Below are positions 1 to 11,354 of a DNA stretch of 64,000 nt, piece by piece (the stretch's first letter is position 1; every line of letters starts with the position of its first letter). The notes under the pieces are model-generated. The model was not told where the DNA came from. It did not search any database and was given only the letters and a program-made list of their open reading frames with translations. The DNA is taken from assembly GCA_032718475.1 (NCBI GenBank), contig JAUCBJ010002167.1, positions 1-64,000 of the forward strand, written 5' to 3'. The translations under genes and the position numbers were made by a program. This DNA is from Nemertoderma westbladi (taxonomy: Eukaryota > Animalia > Xenacoelomorpha).

Positions 1-1364
1 TTGAAGATCCATGATATATGCGAACTAACAAAGTGAAGTTGTTATCGATGTTATAAAGTTGAGTAAATTGAAGCTGGTATGGATGCCAACATGGAATTTA
101 TATTTCAAATTGTATCGGTTTCATGAACTTTCATTCAAAGATCTCTATTTTCGCAAGTTCTAGGTTTTTTTGGGAGGCGAATTCAACTGAACTAATTATA
201 ATATTACCAGGGAAAAGAAGATACTTATTTTCACTGGGTGCAAAAAGGTGGTGCCAGCACCAAAATATCAAATTTTCGATTTCTTTAAATATTATTGAAT
301 AGTATGTATTAATTTCATTGTTTTTATAGGTATTCTGTGATAAGGAATTCAACCGATCCAAGTAAAACACCAACAGGCCAACATCCATTCAGTCACCTCA
401 TAAATTTTATCATTGCATTGGGCACCCCACAAAACCTATGTGATTGTGAATCAGAGCTTATAAGTGTATATTTCGAATTTCTAAAAATTGAAATTTTTGT
501 GTTGTAGCCACTTTTGGGTGTCCCTTACTTTTCGCTAAATATCGTCAAAACGAAAAAAGATATGACGAAGATTTCGGACATAATGAGATAATAAAAAAAA
601 CATATTTTTTTTTGACCAACATCTGAATAAATGTGAGATAAACAGAAACAACGTTTTAAACTTAAGGACCCTTTCTTTGGACACTGACACGTACTGTAAT
701 TGTTTATATAATAGGTTTGAATATGAATGGTACAGTAGTGGCTAAATATAATCTAATCTATCTATCTACTGTATCTATCTAATCTAATATATATAAATCT
801 ACTCAGTTTGTATGCATGCTTGTCCATCGATACATGTCGACAGATTCGGCTCATTCGATACTTATCAACACGATGTAGACAGCGTCACTGTCTCCAGGTT
901 TTATTTTACACGTCTGTCTGTGTGAAAGCGAATTTTGTGGGCACTGCAACATGTTGTGTGTTTCCAAAACCACAGACTCAGAGTCAGAATAATTGTGCAG
1001 TCCAGCCACACAGTCCAAGTCAGTACTGCAGTAGGTCAGAGGGTACCGGTATTCAGTCCTGCAGTGACTGAGTGTCTACCGGGTCAGCCCATTGCTGGTT
1101 GGTGAATGTGTATTTGTGGAAAAATTTGGCTATTCTGTGGCTTCCTGGAAAACACTCAACAGCGCAACAGGTCTACTGTATAACCAATATAACAACGCAA
1201 CAACCTAAGATTGGTTTATTCATTCCATTTGGCTTGTACATTCTGTAAACATTCAGTAATAAATAGGTAGCCAAACCAAAACTACAGTCTTACAGTGCAG
1301 CAGTACCTTTCACAATTAAGGTACTACATAGTACATATTATTTATATTTCGAACCAGTTAAGTG

Positions 1365-1449
1365 TTCGACGGTCCTCACCTAATTTCCTCGACTACTGGA
1401 GCCAGTAGGTGGAGTTACCATCACCCCATCATCATTATGATGATCTAAG
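1365..1449 (-). mobile_element. RTE-like LINE fragment (left of the BEL insertion)
   Basis: Matches 21073-21139 of another copy; continues at 8936 after the BEL element. Confidence 0.85.
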
Positions 1450-2014
1450 TGTTTCATCGTGCCACCATCGATGAAATAATATAATGAAAAAAGATCTACA
1501 CCCAGAACTGCCATTGCAGTAAAAGCTCTTGTCAGCTTGTTGCTTTTATATTAATAATAAATACGGCATACGGGGTCCATCGAAACACGTACATACATAT
1601 ATATAAATCAGTAAATACAGAAATAGTAAGCTTCAATCAATACCAAATACAGGGTTGGTTCAAAAACTATACGGTTGGTTGAATTCGAATACATGCAGCA
1701 ACAGTCTGACAGTAGATAGATTCGAACCAGTTCCGTCTCCACTCCTCAAAGATATAAGTATAAACAATATTAACCGCACAGCCGGTAGAAGCCTTACTGC
1801 CGTACAGCGGTAGGCCCATCTGTCCACCTCCAAACGCAATACAGCTATACACTGAAAAGGTAGGCCTACATTCAATGCAACAAAATTAATACAATAATAA
1901 ATTCACTAGACTCGTACCGGTACTGCGGTAACCAGTATATCTGTCTCTCAAAATAACTTAAACGGGGTTATACTTTTTTAAGAACAGTAGTAACTTTCGC
2001 TCATGAGCGAAACA
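1450..2014 (-). repeat. 3' LTR of BEL/Pao element
   Basis: Near-identical to 8371-8935; on the minus strand it is preceded by the polypurine tract GGGTGGGAGG (2015-2024). Confidence 0.96.
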
Positions 2015-2184
2015 CCTCCCACCCGAGTCTAGTGAGTAATAACAAGTACTAAAAAATTCCAATAAAAAAAAACAACAATAAAAAGCACAAACTTCTAGCA
2101 CGATGTAATAAATTTCTATATATGTAGGTAGCCCAATACCCAATCACCAAGATCCAACTACTTTCAGTTTCTACTTTCAATTCT

Positions 2185-5100
2185 TCAGCCATTATCTCCT
2201 TTGGTATTACTTTCAGTTTTCGGCAGGAGTAGAACTAATGAACGCACATCACGCGTAACCCTCGTAAAGTTCTTCACCCACTTGACCCTGGCTGGTAGAT
2301 TTTTAACGTTTTTGTAGCGGACATCCACTTTACGGACATTTCCCTTTGCATCCGAATATACCTTATCTACCACAGCCATTCGATAATCACCTCTAATTGT
2401 CGACCCCCTTGGTTGGACTAAAACAATGTCACCACTATCAAGATTTCTGGTTTCGACGTGCCATTTTTTTCTAGTTGCAAGATTAGGGTAAGTTATACGC
2501 TGCCATTCATCCCAAAAGTTTTGCAGAGTTTTCTGAACATTGGCATATCTCCGGCTTGCTCTCTTCGATAGGTCATCCAATCCAGGTGTAACTTTAACTG
2601 TAGACCGGCCAAACAAGAAATGGTTAGGACTGAGATAATCAATATCACTGTCATCAGTAATCTTGGCCATGTAGGGACGTTCATTTACCAAATTCGCAGC
2701 TTCATACAACACAGTAAGCCATTCATTAAAAGTAAAGACATTATTATCAACAGATGCTTTTAAAGCACGTTTAACTAATTTTACAGCTGATTCAGCTGCA
2801 CCATTGGCATGTGGGGCATCTGGAGCATGAAATTTCCATTCGATTATTTCCCCAATACCTCGCCTATTTAGATCTTCTTTGGTTAATGATTTGTAATACT
2901 CAGTCAGTTCTTCTGAAGCTGACCCAAGTTGACTCCCTGAGTCTGAATAAATAATTGCAGGCGTTCCACGAATCGACTGAAATCGTCTGAAAGCGATCAT
3001 AAAAGCTTCAGTTCCATAATCACATGCTAAATCAACATGAATAGCCCTCGTTGCCAAACATGTGAACACAATACCCCATCCTTTACCACGTGTACGTTTA
3101 TTTACCTCTCCTCGAACCACAATTGGCCCAAATAAATCTAGAGCTATGTTTCGAAATACTTCACTTGGTTGAGACCGACAACTCGGTAGATCAGCCATAA
3201 CTTGTTGAACAGTTCTCGGTTTCAAAATATGACATGTTACACAATGGTAGACAATATTCTTAGTTATATTGCGTCCCCGAATTATCCAAGTTGAAGATCT
3301 GGATTTGGCCCAAGTTCCCTCAACTCCAAGATGACCCCTGTTATGTGACTTTTGAATCAATGGTTTTGCCACATGACCATATTTAATTATTGGAATGGCA
3401 CAAGATCCAAGGGATTCCACATGATCAGACCCAAAACGGCCTTTTGTAACAATAAGTTGAGTTTCACTATCACAATATGCAACCAAATTGTTAAACGTTG
3501 AACGTGGGATGTTGGTTTGTTGCGACAAATAGACAGAAATAGTAGCCTCTTTCAGGTCATTCACAGAAAGGTTAATTATTCGCTTACTATTGCCTCCCAC
3601 CTTGACTAACCCATCTTCTGGATCACATCCCATCAAAACTATTTGCGACGATTTATTCACACCTTTATCTAACCGAAGTTTCACCTTATTTTTCCAATAA
3701 TTGAAACATTTCTTTACACTCGCTACTACTCGCACAAGTTTATCAAATGAACTAAATCTAGAAGGATTGACTAAATCAACTAAATTCTTAGCAGTTTGAT
3801 GCACAGTTTGTACTTCGGTCGATTTTGATTTCTTTTTGTTAGCATTCGATACTAATGAAAAAGCTTGACGTTGTAGATTCAATGCACCAATCTGGCCTTC
3901 GGAGGATACACTCCGATTTACTGGCCACTCAGTTTCCAGTTTTGTTAACCACATAGGTCCTTTGTTGTAAAACGAGCCGGGGGCAACGTCTTCAACACTA
4001 CAACATCTTGTAAGTTTATCGGCTGGGTTATCACAACCTTGAACCCAACCCCATTCCCCAGGATCAGAACCAGCTTGAATCTCACCAACCCTATTAGCAA
4101 AATAAGTCTGGTAACCATAGCTATCTTTCTGAATAGCTCCTAATACTGTCATTGAGTCAACGAAATGATAGAATCGAACATAGTTTATTTTTGTGACTTT
4201 CAAATGAGCAGCCCGAAGTCGAACAGCAAATACAGCACCATTAATTTCAGACTTCACAACATCACCTTTTCCATTTAAAGGAGCAAGTTTGCTTTTAGCT
4301 TCAATTAGTTTTATTATAAACGAATCATGTAAATCACTAACTTTCCATCTGATATACATTACAGCACCATATGCTTTATCAGAACCATCTGAGAAAGTGA
4401 TTAAAGTCGGATTTTTAAGATTATTTTGAGGTTTTAGACTTCTGGGAAACCTCAATTGAGTAACTTCAATAAGTTGCTCCAACATTTTAATCCACCTAAG
4501 AACAAGTTTCTCAGCTATTGGGTCATCCAAGCCGCTTTGGCCATCATTAAACTTGCTCTGTTGCCATGTCTCTCTAAACAAGATTGCAGCAGACATTTTG
4601 ATAGGACAAATATATCCCACAGGATCAAACACTGCTGATATCTGACTAAGAAGTATTCTTTTAGTCAGAGGGTTAGGTAGATTGTCAGAAACTTCACCTG
4701 GTTTAAGATCTTCTGAAAGCCTGACTTTGCCCTTCCGTTCACCGAAATTCACACTAGATCTCACAAACAGCTCATCTCTCTCAACATCATAACCCAATCC
4801 AAGGGCTCCTGTGTGATCGGTAGTCACAACATTTGCAATTATAACATCGGCTTTCTTGGGTTCCACAGATACACCAGAATTTAACCAGTGCTTCATCTTA
4901 AATCCACCATAGGCTAACATTTCTGTAACTTCTTCCTGTAATTTCTCGATCTCGAGTACAGTATCCCTGGAGTCTAATATGTCATCAACATACATACTCT
5001 TTACTATTGTATCTACTGAGCTCAAAAAACACTCAAATTTACTCATCAGAGCCGTCTTTCGTGTGCACAACATAGCAATGCATGCAGCGGGTTTGTCTCC

Positions 5101-7002
5101 CATATTCACTCTTAGACAAACAAATACTTTAATTTCATCATTAGGGTGATCTCTCCATAAAAACCGTTTCATGTGAATCTCAGAGTCATCGAGATAAACT
5201 GAATTATACATCTTAACAACATCACCAATTGTTGCATATACACCCTCTCTGAAACGAAGCAACACAGATGAAAGTGGGTTTAAAACATCTGGGCCTTTAA
5301 CAAGTATTGAGTTCAATGAAATACCTTTATATAAATGACTGCTGTTCCAGACCAAACGAACTGGTGTGGTTTTACTATGAGGATTTAATGCAACTTGGTG
5401 TGATATGTACCACACTGGACCAGTCCAATCATTTAACTCATTATCAGTCAACTGACGTGCAGCCCCACGGTTGACCAAGTCCCAAACTTGATCACCATAG
5501 ATTTTCTTCCATTCAAGTTGCTTACATAAACGTTTCTCAGTTGCCAAAAATACTCCTTTCACAGCACAATAATTGTTAGGTAACAATGAGGTATCCATTT
5601 CATATGGATAAAAACAATCCCAATGTGGTTCCAAGCTGTGTTTATCCCCATCAGGCTGAAATATTAGCCCCTTTTCAATAAAAGCTAATTCTCTCTCCTC
5701 TTTGATCGACATGAGTTTACCACCAGCCTGACAATCTCCACAGCGACATCCTCCACATTTAGGAACTGACGAAACTCCTATTTGATCAAAACAAAAATGT
5801 CGAACGAGTTGTTGAACTTCCTTATCTGCAGCTGATGATGTATGGAAAGTATGAGAATTTTCCTGAAAGGTTACAGACCTTGTGGTTAGACCTAAATGTA
5901 CTGAACTTTCCAAAACAGGACATCTAGCTCCCTCAGCAGATAATCGTTCATGGGCTCCACCCACCACATAACCATGTGGTCCATAATATAATACCAATTC
6001 GCCCATTTGCTCAATTGGTTTAGGTATACTTGTAGCATTTTGAAGGGAAATCATTAGAGATACTTTATCTGGCCTTCTCAAGTGTTGATGAGGAACATCT
6101 TGAAATATTTCTTGCAAAATATTTTCACTCACTTTATGTGACACTGTAGCTACTTCTGGTATACCATACACTAGATACTCCTTAAATCCTCCATTAATTA
6201 AACGCAATTTCACCAGATATCGACAAGTATCAAGTGAAAATGAACAATTTCCAATACCATGTATCGACAGAGAACATTTTTCCCCCTTGAGATTCAAACG
6301 CTCCGCTAACTCAAAAGAAATGTAAGATGTATCACTTCCTTGGTCAATAATAACTCCCTCCTCAGTTCCATCAATTAATTCAACATATTGAATCATGAGG
6401 AGACAAGGTAAATCCCGTTTTTCCAAAAACAAATCACTTTTACAAGATGTCCTTTGCGATGCAGCAATATTTGTACCAGATCTATTATTTGATTGGTTGT
6501 GGGAGGCCTGAGGGACAAATGGTTGACCTGGTGCCCAATTTTGAACAGCCCCACTTGCTCCACTCGATGGGGCCTGAGGAATAGATCTAGATTTCACAAC
6601 ACCAGATCCTGAGCTATCTACATTGCTTCTAGCCGAATCACCAACACATTGAGAAGGCTGATGCAATATAATATTATGTTTCCTTGATGTGCATTCTGGG
6701 GCTGTACACAGCCTAGTACGTTCTAAATTTAGACAGTCACTGAGCAAATGATTTGCACCAAGGCAACCAATACACAAACCTTTACTACGAACTAACCTCC
6801 ACCGTTGGGAAACATTCATAGTTTTGAATTGTCTGCATTGCCACAAAGGATGAAAAGGGGGTTTCTGACACACTTTACACGAGCCTTGTCCATTTCGAGG
6901 CCTACTGGATTGGGACTGTGCACCTCCTCTCACACTTGCCAATGCCGACCCAGACACATTAGAAGATTTTACTGCTGAAGTCTTACTTTTTACAGAACTC
7001 AC
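2185..7002 (-). CDS. pol: BEL/Pao gag C-terminus + Pol polyprotein (3 Cys/His knuckles, aspartic protease, RT, RNase H, integrase)
   Basis: CKVC..H..C / CIGC..H..C / C..C..H..H knuckles; IIDQGSDTSYI protease; MYVDD RT; FSDGSDKAYGAV RNase H; H..H..C..C plus LDLFGP / SDSGS / AESAVK DDE integrase. Confidence 0.96.
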   Translation of the reverse strand: MSSVKSKTSAVKSSNVSGSALASVRGGAQSQSSRPRNGQGSCKVCQKPPFHPLWQCRQFKTMNVSQRWRLVRSKGLCIGCLGANHLLSDCLNLERTRLCTAPECTSRKHNIILHQPSQCVGDSARSNVDSSGSGVVKSRSIPQAPSSGASGAVQNWAPGQPFVPQASHNQSNNRSGTNIAASQRTSCKSDLFLEKRDLPCLLMIQYVELIDGTEEGVIIDQGSDTSYISFELAERLNLKGEKCSLSIHGIGNCSFSLDTCRYLVKLRLINGGFKEYLVYGIPEVATVSHKVSENILQEIFQDVPHQHLRRPDKVSLMISLQNATSIPKPIEQMGELVLYYGPHGYVVGGAHERLSAEGARCPVLESSVHLGLTTRSVTFQENSHTFHTSSAADKEVQQLVRHFCFDQIGVSSVPKCGGCRCGDCQAGGKLMSIKEERELAFIEKGLIFQPDGDKHSLEPHWDCFYPYEMDTSLLPNNYCAVKGVFLATEKRLCKQLEWKKIYGDQVWDLVNRGAARQLTDNELNDWTGPVWYISHQVALNPHSKTTPVRLVWNSSHLYKGISLNSILVKGPDVLNPLSSVLLRFREGVYATIGDVVKMYNSVYLDDSEIHMKRFLWRDHPNDEIKVFVCLRVNMGDKPAACIAMLCTRKTALMSKFECFLSSVDTIVKSMYVDDILDSRDTVLEIEKLQEEVTEMLAYGGFKMKHWLNSGVSVEPKKADVIIANVVTTDHTGALGLGYDVERDELFVRSSVNFGERKGKVRLSEDLKPGEVSDNLPNPLTKRILLSQISAVFDPVGYICPIKMSAAILFRETWQQSKFNDGQSGLDDPIAEKLVLRWIKMLEQLIEVTQLRFPRSLKPQNNLKNPTLITFSDGSDKAYGAVMYIRWKVSDLHDSFIIKLIEAKSKLAPLNGKGDVVKSEINGAVFAVRLRAAHLKVTKINYVRFYHFVDSMTVLGAIQKDSYGYQTYFANRVGEIQAGSDPGEWGWVQGCDNPADKLTRCCSVEDVAPGSFYNKGPMWLTKLETEWPVNRSVSSEGQIGALNLQRQAFSLVSNANKKKSKSTEVQTVHQTAKNLVDLVNPSRFSSFDKLVRVVASVKKCFNYWKNKVKLRLDKGVNKSSQIVLMGCDPEDGLVKVGGNSKRIINLSVNDLKEATISVYLSQQTNIPRSTFNNLVAYCDSETQLIVTKGRFGSDHVESLGSCAIPIIKYGHVAKPLIQKSHNRGHLGVEGTWAKSRSSTWIIRGRNITKNIVYHCVTCHILKPRTVQQVMADLPSCRSQPSEVFRNIALDLFGPIVVRGEVNKRTRGKGWGIVFTCLATRAIHVDLACDYGTEAFMIAFRRFQSIRGTPAIIYSDSGSQLGSASEELTEYYKSLTKEDLNRRGIGEIIEWKFHAPDAPHANGAAESAVKLVKRALKASVDNNVFTFNEWLTVLYEAANLVNERPYMAKITDDSDIDYLSPNHFLFGRSTVKVTPGLDDLSKRASRRYANVQKTLQNFWDEWQRITYPNLATRKKWHVETRNLDSGDIVLVQPRGSTIRGDYRMAVVDKVYSDAKGNVRKVDVRYKNVKNLPARVKWVKNFTRVTRDVRSLVLLLPKTESNTKGDNG

Positions 7003-7106
7003 TTTTGACTGATCTGTAAGTTTATATTCTGCTCACCCTTTTATGTTTGGGAGAAATTCCATCAACAATTGAAATCTTGACTCCCCTGTTATGTCATCAT
7101 CATTCA

Positions 7107-8225
7107 CTATACCTTTAACCCATTCGTCAGTTCGGGAAGCTTTTGTTCAATCCCTCTACATACAGTAGTATTACTAATTTCAGCGAGTGAGTTCTGACTC
7201 TTGAGGTCTACAACTGCACTTTCAATAGTTTCAACAAACGCTACTACTTGTGCAGAATCAGTAGGAGTTTCTAATGAGTTAATATCGTCAACAACAGCAC
7301 TTACAGTAAAGGCCTGTCGACCAAACTTTTTATCCAGAGCCTCAAACATGACATCATAATCATCTAAAGGTAAATTTTTAAGCAATCGACGCTGTTTTTC
7401 AGGAATATTATCCCGCATTAACTGACACACTTCAGTTTTATTTCTCCCAGGTATCACCAATGATTTAAACCTGCGAGACCAGTCCATATAATTCCGACAA
7501 GCACCATCAAACACAGGGGGTTTGGTCCGTTCAACCCGGACAGCTTCAGAATTTTTAGCCGGTAAATCAATTCCAATACTGGACTTCCGGTCTGAATCAG
7601 CAGCGTCATCACGCCGTTTTAATTGGGAAACATTATTATCAGCTATTGTTTTTACTGCATAAAAAGCAGTGTTCACATTATCACTCCAAATTAGAGTACT
7701 ATTTTCCGCATCAGCATCACCTGTGACATACAATAGGAGTTCACGGTTTAGCTCATCACAAATAGATTTGGCATTCAAAACATCGCCAAGCAGACCTGAA
7801 ATAGTTAATTCTAGGCCTTCATTATCAGCGCTATCATCATAATCGCTCAATAATTTTCTCAACTTTATTAATAAATTTTCCACTAACCTCCCATCAGCAT
7901 CCCGCTGTCTTTGAATGGAGATGGATAGCCCACTTCGATACCTTGCTTTGGTGGAATTTAACCGAGTCACTTCGGCCTGGATCCATTTATTCTCCCGTGG
8001 TTTCACATTTTGAAACTCATCCTCGTCTAATGACTCTGCAAGAAGCTCCATATAAACTTCATGGGTCTCAAATACGACTTCAGATGCCGCCTCGACCGAT
8101 TTCCAAGTAGCATCCCAAATTGGACGCAAGTCAAAGTCACCCAAGGTATCCAAGGTAGTTAAACTCGACGTGAACTTTCCTTTAGCGGAAGTTCGTCTCC
8201 TTTTAGCATCGTCGACTTCCGACAT
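7107..8225 (-). CDS. gag: BEL/Pao Gag N-terminal part (separated from pol by indels and a stop at ~7030-7130)
   Basis: 372-aa ORF directly after the 5' LTR leader; PPVFDG..RNYMDW..RF motif typical of BEL gag. Confidence 0.88.
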   Translation of the reverse strand: MSEVDDAKRRRTSAKGKFTSSLTTLDTLGDFDLRPIWDATWKSVEAASEVVFETHEVYMELLAESLDEDEFQNVKPRENKWIQAEVTRLNSTKARYRSGLSISIQRQRDADGRLVENLLIKLRKLLSDYDDSADNEGLELTISGLLGDVLNAKSICDELNRELLLYVTGDADAENSTLIWSDNVNTAFYAVKTIADNNVSQLKRRDDAADSDRKSSIGIDLPAKNSEAVRVERTKPPVFDGACRNYMDWSRRFKSLVIPGRNKTEVCQLMRDNIPEKQRRLLKNLPLDDYDVMFEALDKKFGRQAFTVSAVVDDINSLETPTDSAQVVAFVETIESAVVDLKSQNSLAEISNTTVCRGIEQKLPELTNGLKV

Positions 8226-8370
8226 GTTCCGAACCTTTGTTCGGACTAGTGGTTCGCTTTATTGCGAACCGTACAATTTACCTGCAGACCTAGGCTAAAT
8301 TCACAAATTCAGGTAGGCCAACAGGTACCGGTAATTTTCTGTTCAGGTGTGGGTTCTGAATGGTTCGAAT

Positions 8371-8935
8371 TGTTTCATCGTGCCACCATCGATGAAATAA
8401 TATAATGAAAAAAGATCTACACCCAGAACTGCCATTGCAGTAAAAGCTCTTGTCAGCTTGTTGCTTTTATATTAATAATAAATACGGCATACGGGGTCCA
8501 TCGAAACACGTACATACATATATATAAATCAGTAAATACAGAAATAGTAAGCTTCAATCAATACCAAATACAGGGTTGGTTCAAAAACTATACGGTTGGT
8601 TGAATTCGAATACATGCAGCAACAGTCTGACAGTAGATAGATTCGAACCAGTTCCGTCTCCACTCCTCAAAGATATAAGTATAAACAATATTAAACGCAC
8701 AGCCGGTAGAAGCCTTACTGCCGTACAGCGGTAGGCCCATCTGTCCACCTCCAAACGCAATACAGCTATACACTGAAAAGGTAGGCCTACATTCAATGCA
8801 ACAAAATTAATACAATAATAAATTCACTAGACTCATACCGGTACTGCGGTAACCAGTATATCTGTCTCTCAAAATAACTTAAACGGGGTTATGCTTTTTT
8901 AAGTACAGTAGTAACTTTCGCTCATGAGCGAAACA
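8371..8935 (-). repeat. 5' LTR of BEL/Pao element
   Basis: Near-identical to 1450-2014; TGTTTC...GAAACA ends; lies upstream of gag on the minus strand. Confidence 0.96.
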
Positions 8936-9212
8936 CTAAGGACATGCGCGGAACATAGTCAACCACAATTATGAACAAGAATGGTGCAAGTGTGTCTCCC
9001 TGGAGGACGCCCCATAACACTTCAAATGGTTCTGTGTCACCGTCAACAGTAGACACAAATGTTGTCGAACCATCGTATACTGATCTGATTGCTGCAATAA
9101 TTTCATCAGGAATCCCATATAATGAAAGTATCCTGAACATAAGTGAGCGAGAGACTTAATCAAAGGCCTTGAAGAAGTCAACGAAGATAACAGCGAGATG
9201 TCTTACTTGCGC
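8936..9212 (-). mobile_element. RTE-like LINE RT fragment
   Basis: Encodes VIFVDFFKAFD and GVLQGDTLAPFLFIIVVDYV RT motifs. Confidence 0.88.
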
Positions 9213-9770
9213 TATTAAACCAACAGGTTGATGCCATCAATGATGCTGACAACAACAGGCAATCATCCCAGGCATGGAAATCGATCAACTTGCTTACTGG
9301 GCGGAAAACCCAACCAACCACAAAGGTTAAGGCGGAATCACCAGCCGATCGCCTCAATGGTTGGAAGGCCCACTTTGAAAAGCTCCTCAATAATGACAGG
9401 GTATTGCCTGATAACTTTATAGAAGTAAAAGTGTCTGAGTCTACTCCCAGATATTCCCATTGGCGATATCTCCTTTGCAGAAATGAAGGCTGCTGCAAAG
9501 AGCATTAAGACCAATCGTGCCAGTGGAGTAGATGGTATTTCCCCTGAGGTCTTTAAAATACCTGAGTGTTTAAAGCTCATCTATCCCATCATAGTAGACA
9601 TGTACAGAACAACAAGAGTCCCACAAGAAATGAAAACAAATAAGTTGGTGCCAGTTCCCAAGAAGGGCAACCTAACACTCTATGGTTCTTTTCGGGGAAT
9701 CTCATTAATCTCGATTGCTGCAAAGCTATACAATATAATTCTATTAAAACGCATCAGGGATCCCATTGAG
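9213..9770 (+). mobile_element. Inverted 5' segment of the same RTE-like LINE
   Basis: Encodes the pre-RT and RT domain 0-1 region (RASGVDGISPE, VPVPKKGNL, FRGISLISIAAKLYN) on the strand opposite the adjoining RT piece. Confidence 0.8.
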
Positions 9771-10579
9771 TTAATTTATCATTACGTTTATTAAACGTAA
9801 CGTTCATTAGGAATTATCATTTCAACATATAATATTAAATCAATGTACACTCTTAAAGCTGCAGCGAAAAAATGTAGCTAATTTCCTAGGTTACATATAA
9901 AATAATAATATTATTTTTAAGAACATTAATTTTACTACTTTGCAAAAATTCAATTAAAAAATAACCAGACATATACATTGTGGAATAAACTATTTCAGAA
10001 GCCTACAACAGCCATGCCATGGATTGTATTTATGTTATTATATCTGTCATTTAACTGAGATAGCAATAGTAGTAATAGTCGAACGGTTATGCGGCCCGTC
10101 CAGCCTATAATAAACACAATTCAGTGATTGGGCTGGAATAGCAATACTGGTTGCCTCTATTACAATTCCTCTCAGGTTAGTCTACAGCCACAACTCCCAG
10201 CAGCTAGCTCCACACCAGCAGAGACTTGACCAATAATGGGAAGGATTAAATTTGTACTCAATAATTGTGCGGTTTAATTACGTTTAGATCAATTAAAGAC
10301 ACATTTATTAAAGCAAATCACTTAAACTAATTAAAAACTATAATAGAATGGCGTATGGGGATTATATCTGTATAATTTTTAAGTATAATTATTTAAATCT
10401 TATACTGTAAAACAATTAATTTCCTTTAAAAGGCAGGTTGAAAATGGCGTTTTCACCGTTTATTACATTTATTAAATGAAATGATCCCATTAAGTTATTG
10501 AATTAATATCTATAAACCTATCTCACTAAAACATAGAGTTATAAAGTTATCTGATAATTTACGATGGTTCGACGACATT

Positions 10580-10980
10580 TGTGTCTACTGTTGATCCACA
10601 GATCTATTCGAAGTGTTATGGGGGGCCCTCCAAGGTGACAAACTTGTGGTTGACTATGTTCTACGCATGTCCTTAGATCATCATAATGATGATGGATGAT
10701 GGTAAAAACACCTAACTGGCTCCAGAAGTCGAGGAAATTAAACCAAGTACCTAGGTGATCTAGACTTTGATGATGTCTTGGGAGTACTCTCAAAATCACT
10801 AGAGAGGGAGCCCAACGGCTCCTCAGCTCATTAGAACAGGTTGCTTCTAGGGTTGGTCTTTTTATTAACTCCAGAAAGACCAAAATTTTGACAGTTAACT
10901 TTGAAAGTTCTCAGCAAGTCTCTGATCGGATGAGCATAAGCTCAAAGGATGGTAGTATGCTTGAGCATGCGGATAATGGC
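10580..10980 (+). mobile_element. Degenerate RTE-like LINE fragment
   Basis: Aligns by eye to 18505-18880 (RT region) with deletions. Confidence 0.8.
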
Positions 10981-11134
10981 ACTAGATGGCGCTTAAACCA
11001 TTAGTAAAGCATACATCGACGGAAAAATAATCAATAGTATAACGCAACCATCTTTATCAATAAAAATGGTGCTTTGAGCTTAAAATCAGTAAAATAAGTA
11101 ATCTAAAATAGCCAAGTTCATACTTGCAACAACA

Positions 11135-11290
11135 CATCTCCTTCGTACCCTTCTTTACAGGTACATATACACTACCTTCACATTGTGTACCAACTCGTTT
11201 GTATCCTTCTATACAGGTACATATACACTACCTTCACATTGCGTCCCATCTCCTTCGTACCCATCTCTACAGGTACATGTAAAGGAACCA
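11135..11290 (-). repeat. 56-bp tandem repeat (~3 copies) derived from the EGF exon 3' end and splice donor
   Basis: GGTACAT core recurs with GTAC at 11161, 11217 and 11273. Confidence 0.75.
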
Positions 11291-11354
11291 TCTGAGTTGG
11301 TGCAGTCTGCGTTCTCGTGACAATTATGGGTGTTAATGAGACATTCATCGTCGT
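11232..11354 (-). CDS. Host exon: calcium-binding EGF domain (phase 1-1)
   Basis: DDDECLINTHNCHENADCTNSDGSFTCTCRDGYEGDGTQCE; 123 bp between tttcAG acceptor and GT donor; symmetric phase 1 as is typical of EGF_CA exons. Confidence 0.9.

Larger units (their letters stand above)
1450..8935 (-). mobile_element. Full-length BEL/Pao LTR retrotransposon (young)
   Basis: 565-bp direct LTRs (1450-2014, 8371-8935) with TG...CA ends and ~4 mismatches; 5-bp TSD CTAAG at 1445-1449 and 8936-8940; gag and pol ORFs inside with BEL domain order PR-RT-RH-IN; inserted into an RTE-like LINE whose sequence is continuous across the TSD. Confidence 0.97.

Noticed and set aside
1345-1360. TTCGAACCAGTT motif matching the BEL LTR core just outside the element
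   Set aside because: Too short, and no further similarity to the LTR could be seen
1660-1875. Duplicated small ORFs (also 8581-8796)
   Set aside because: They are LTR sequence, duplicated because the LTR is
7003-7130. Programmed gag-pol frameshift
   Set aside because: The shifted frame also meets a TGA and no clear slippery heptamer is present; BEL/Pao usually have one ORF, so mutation or sequencing error is more likely
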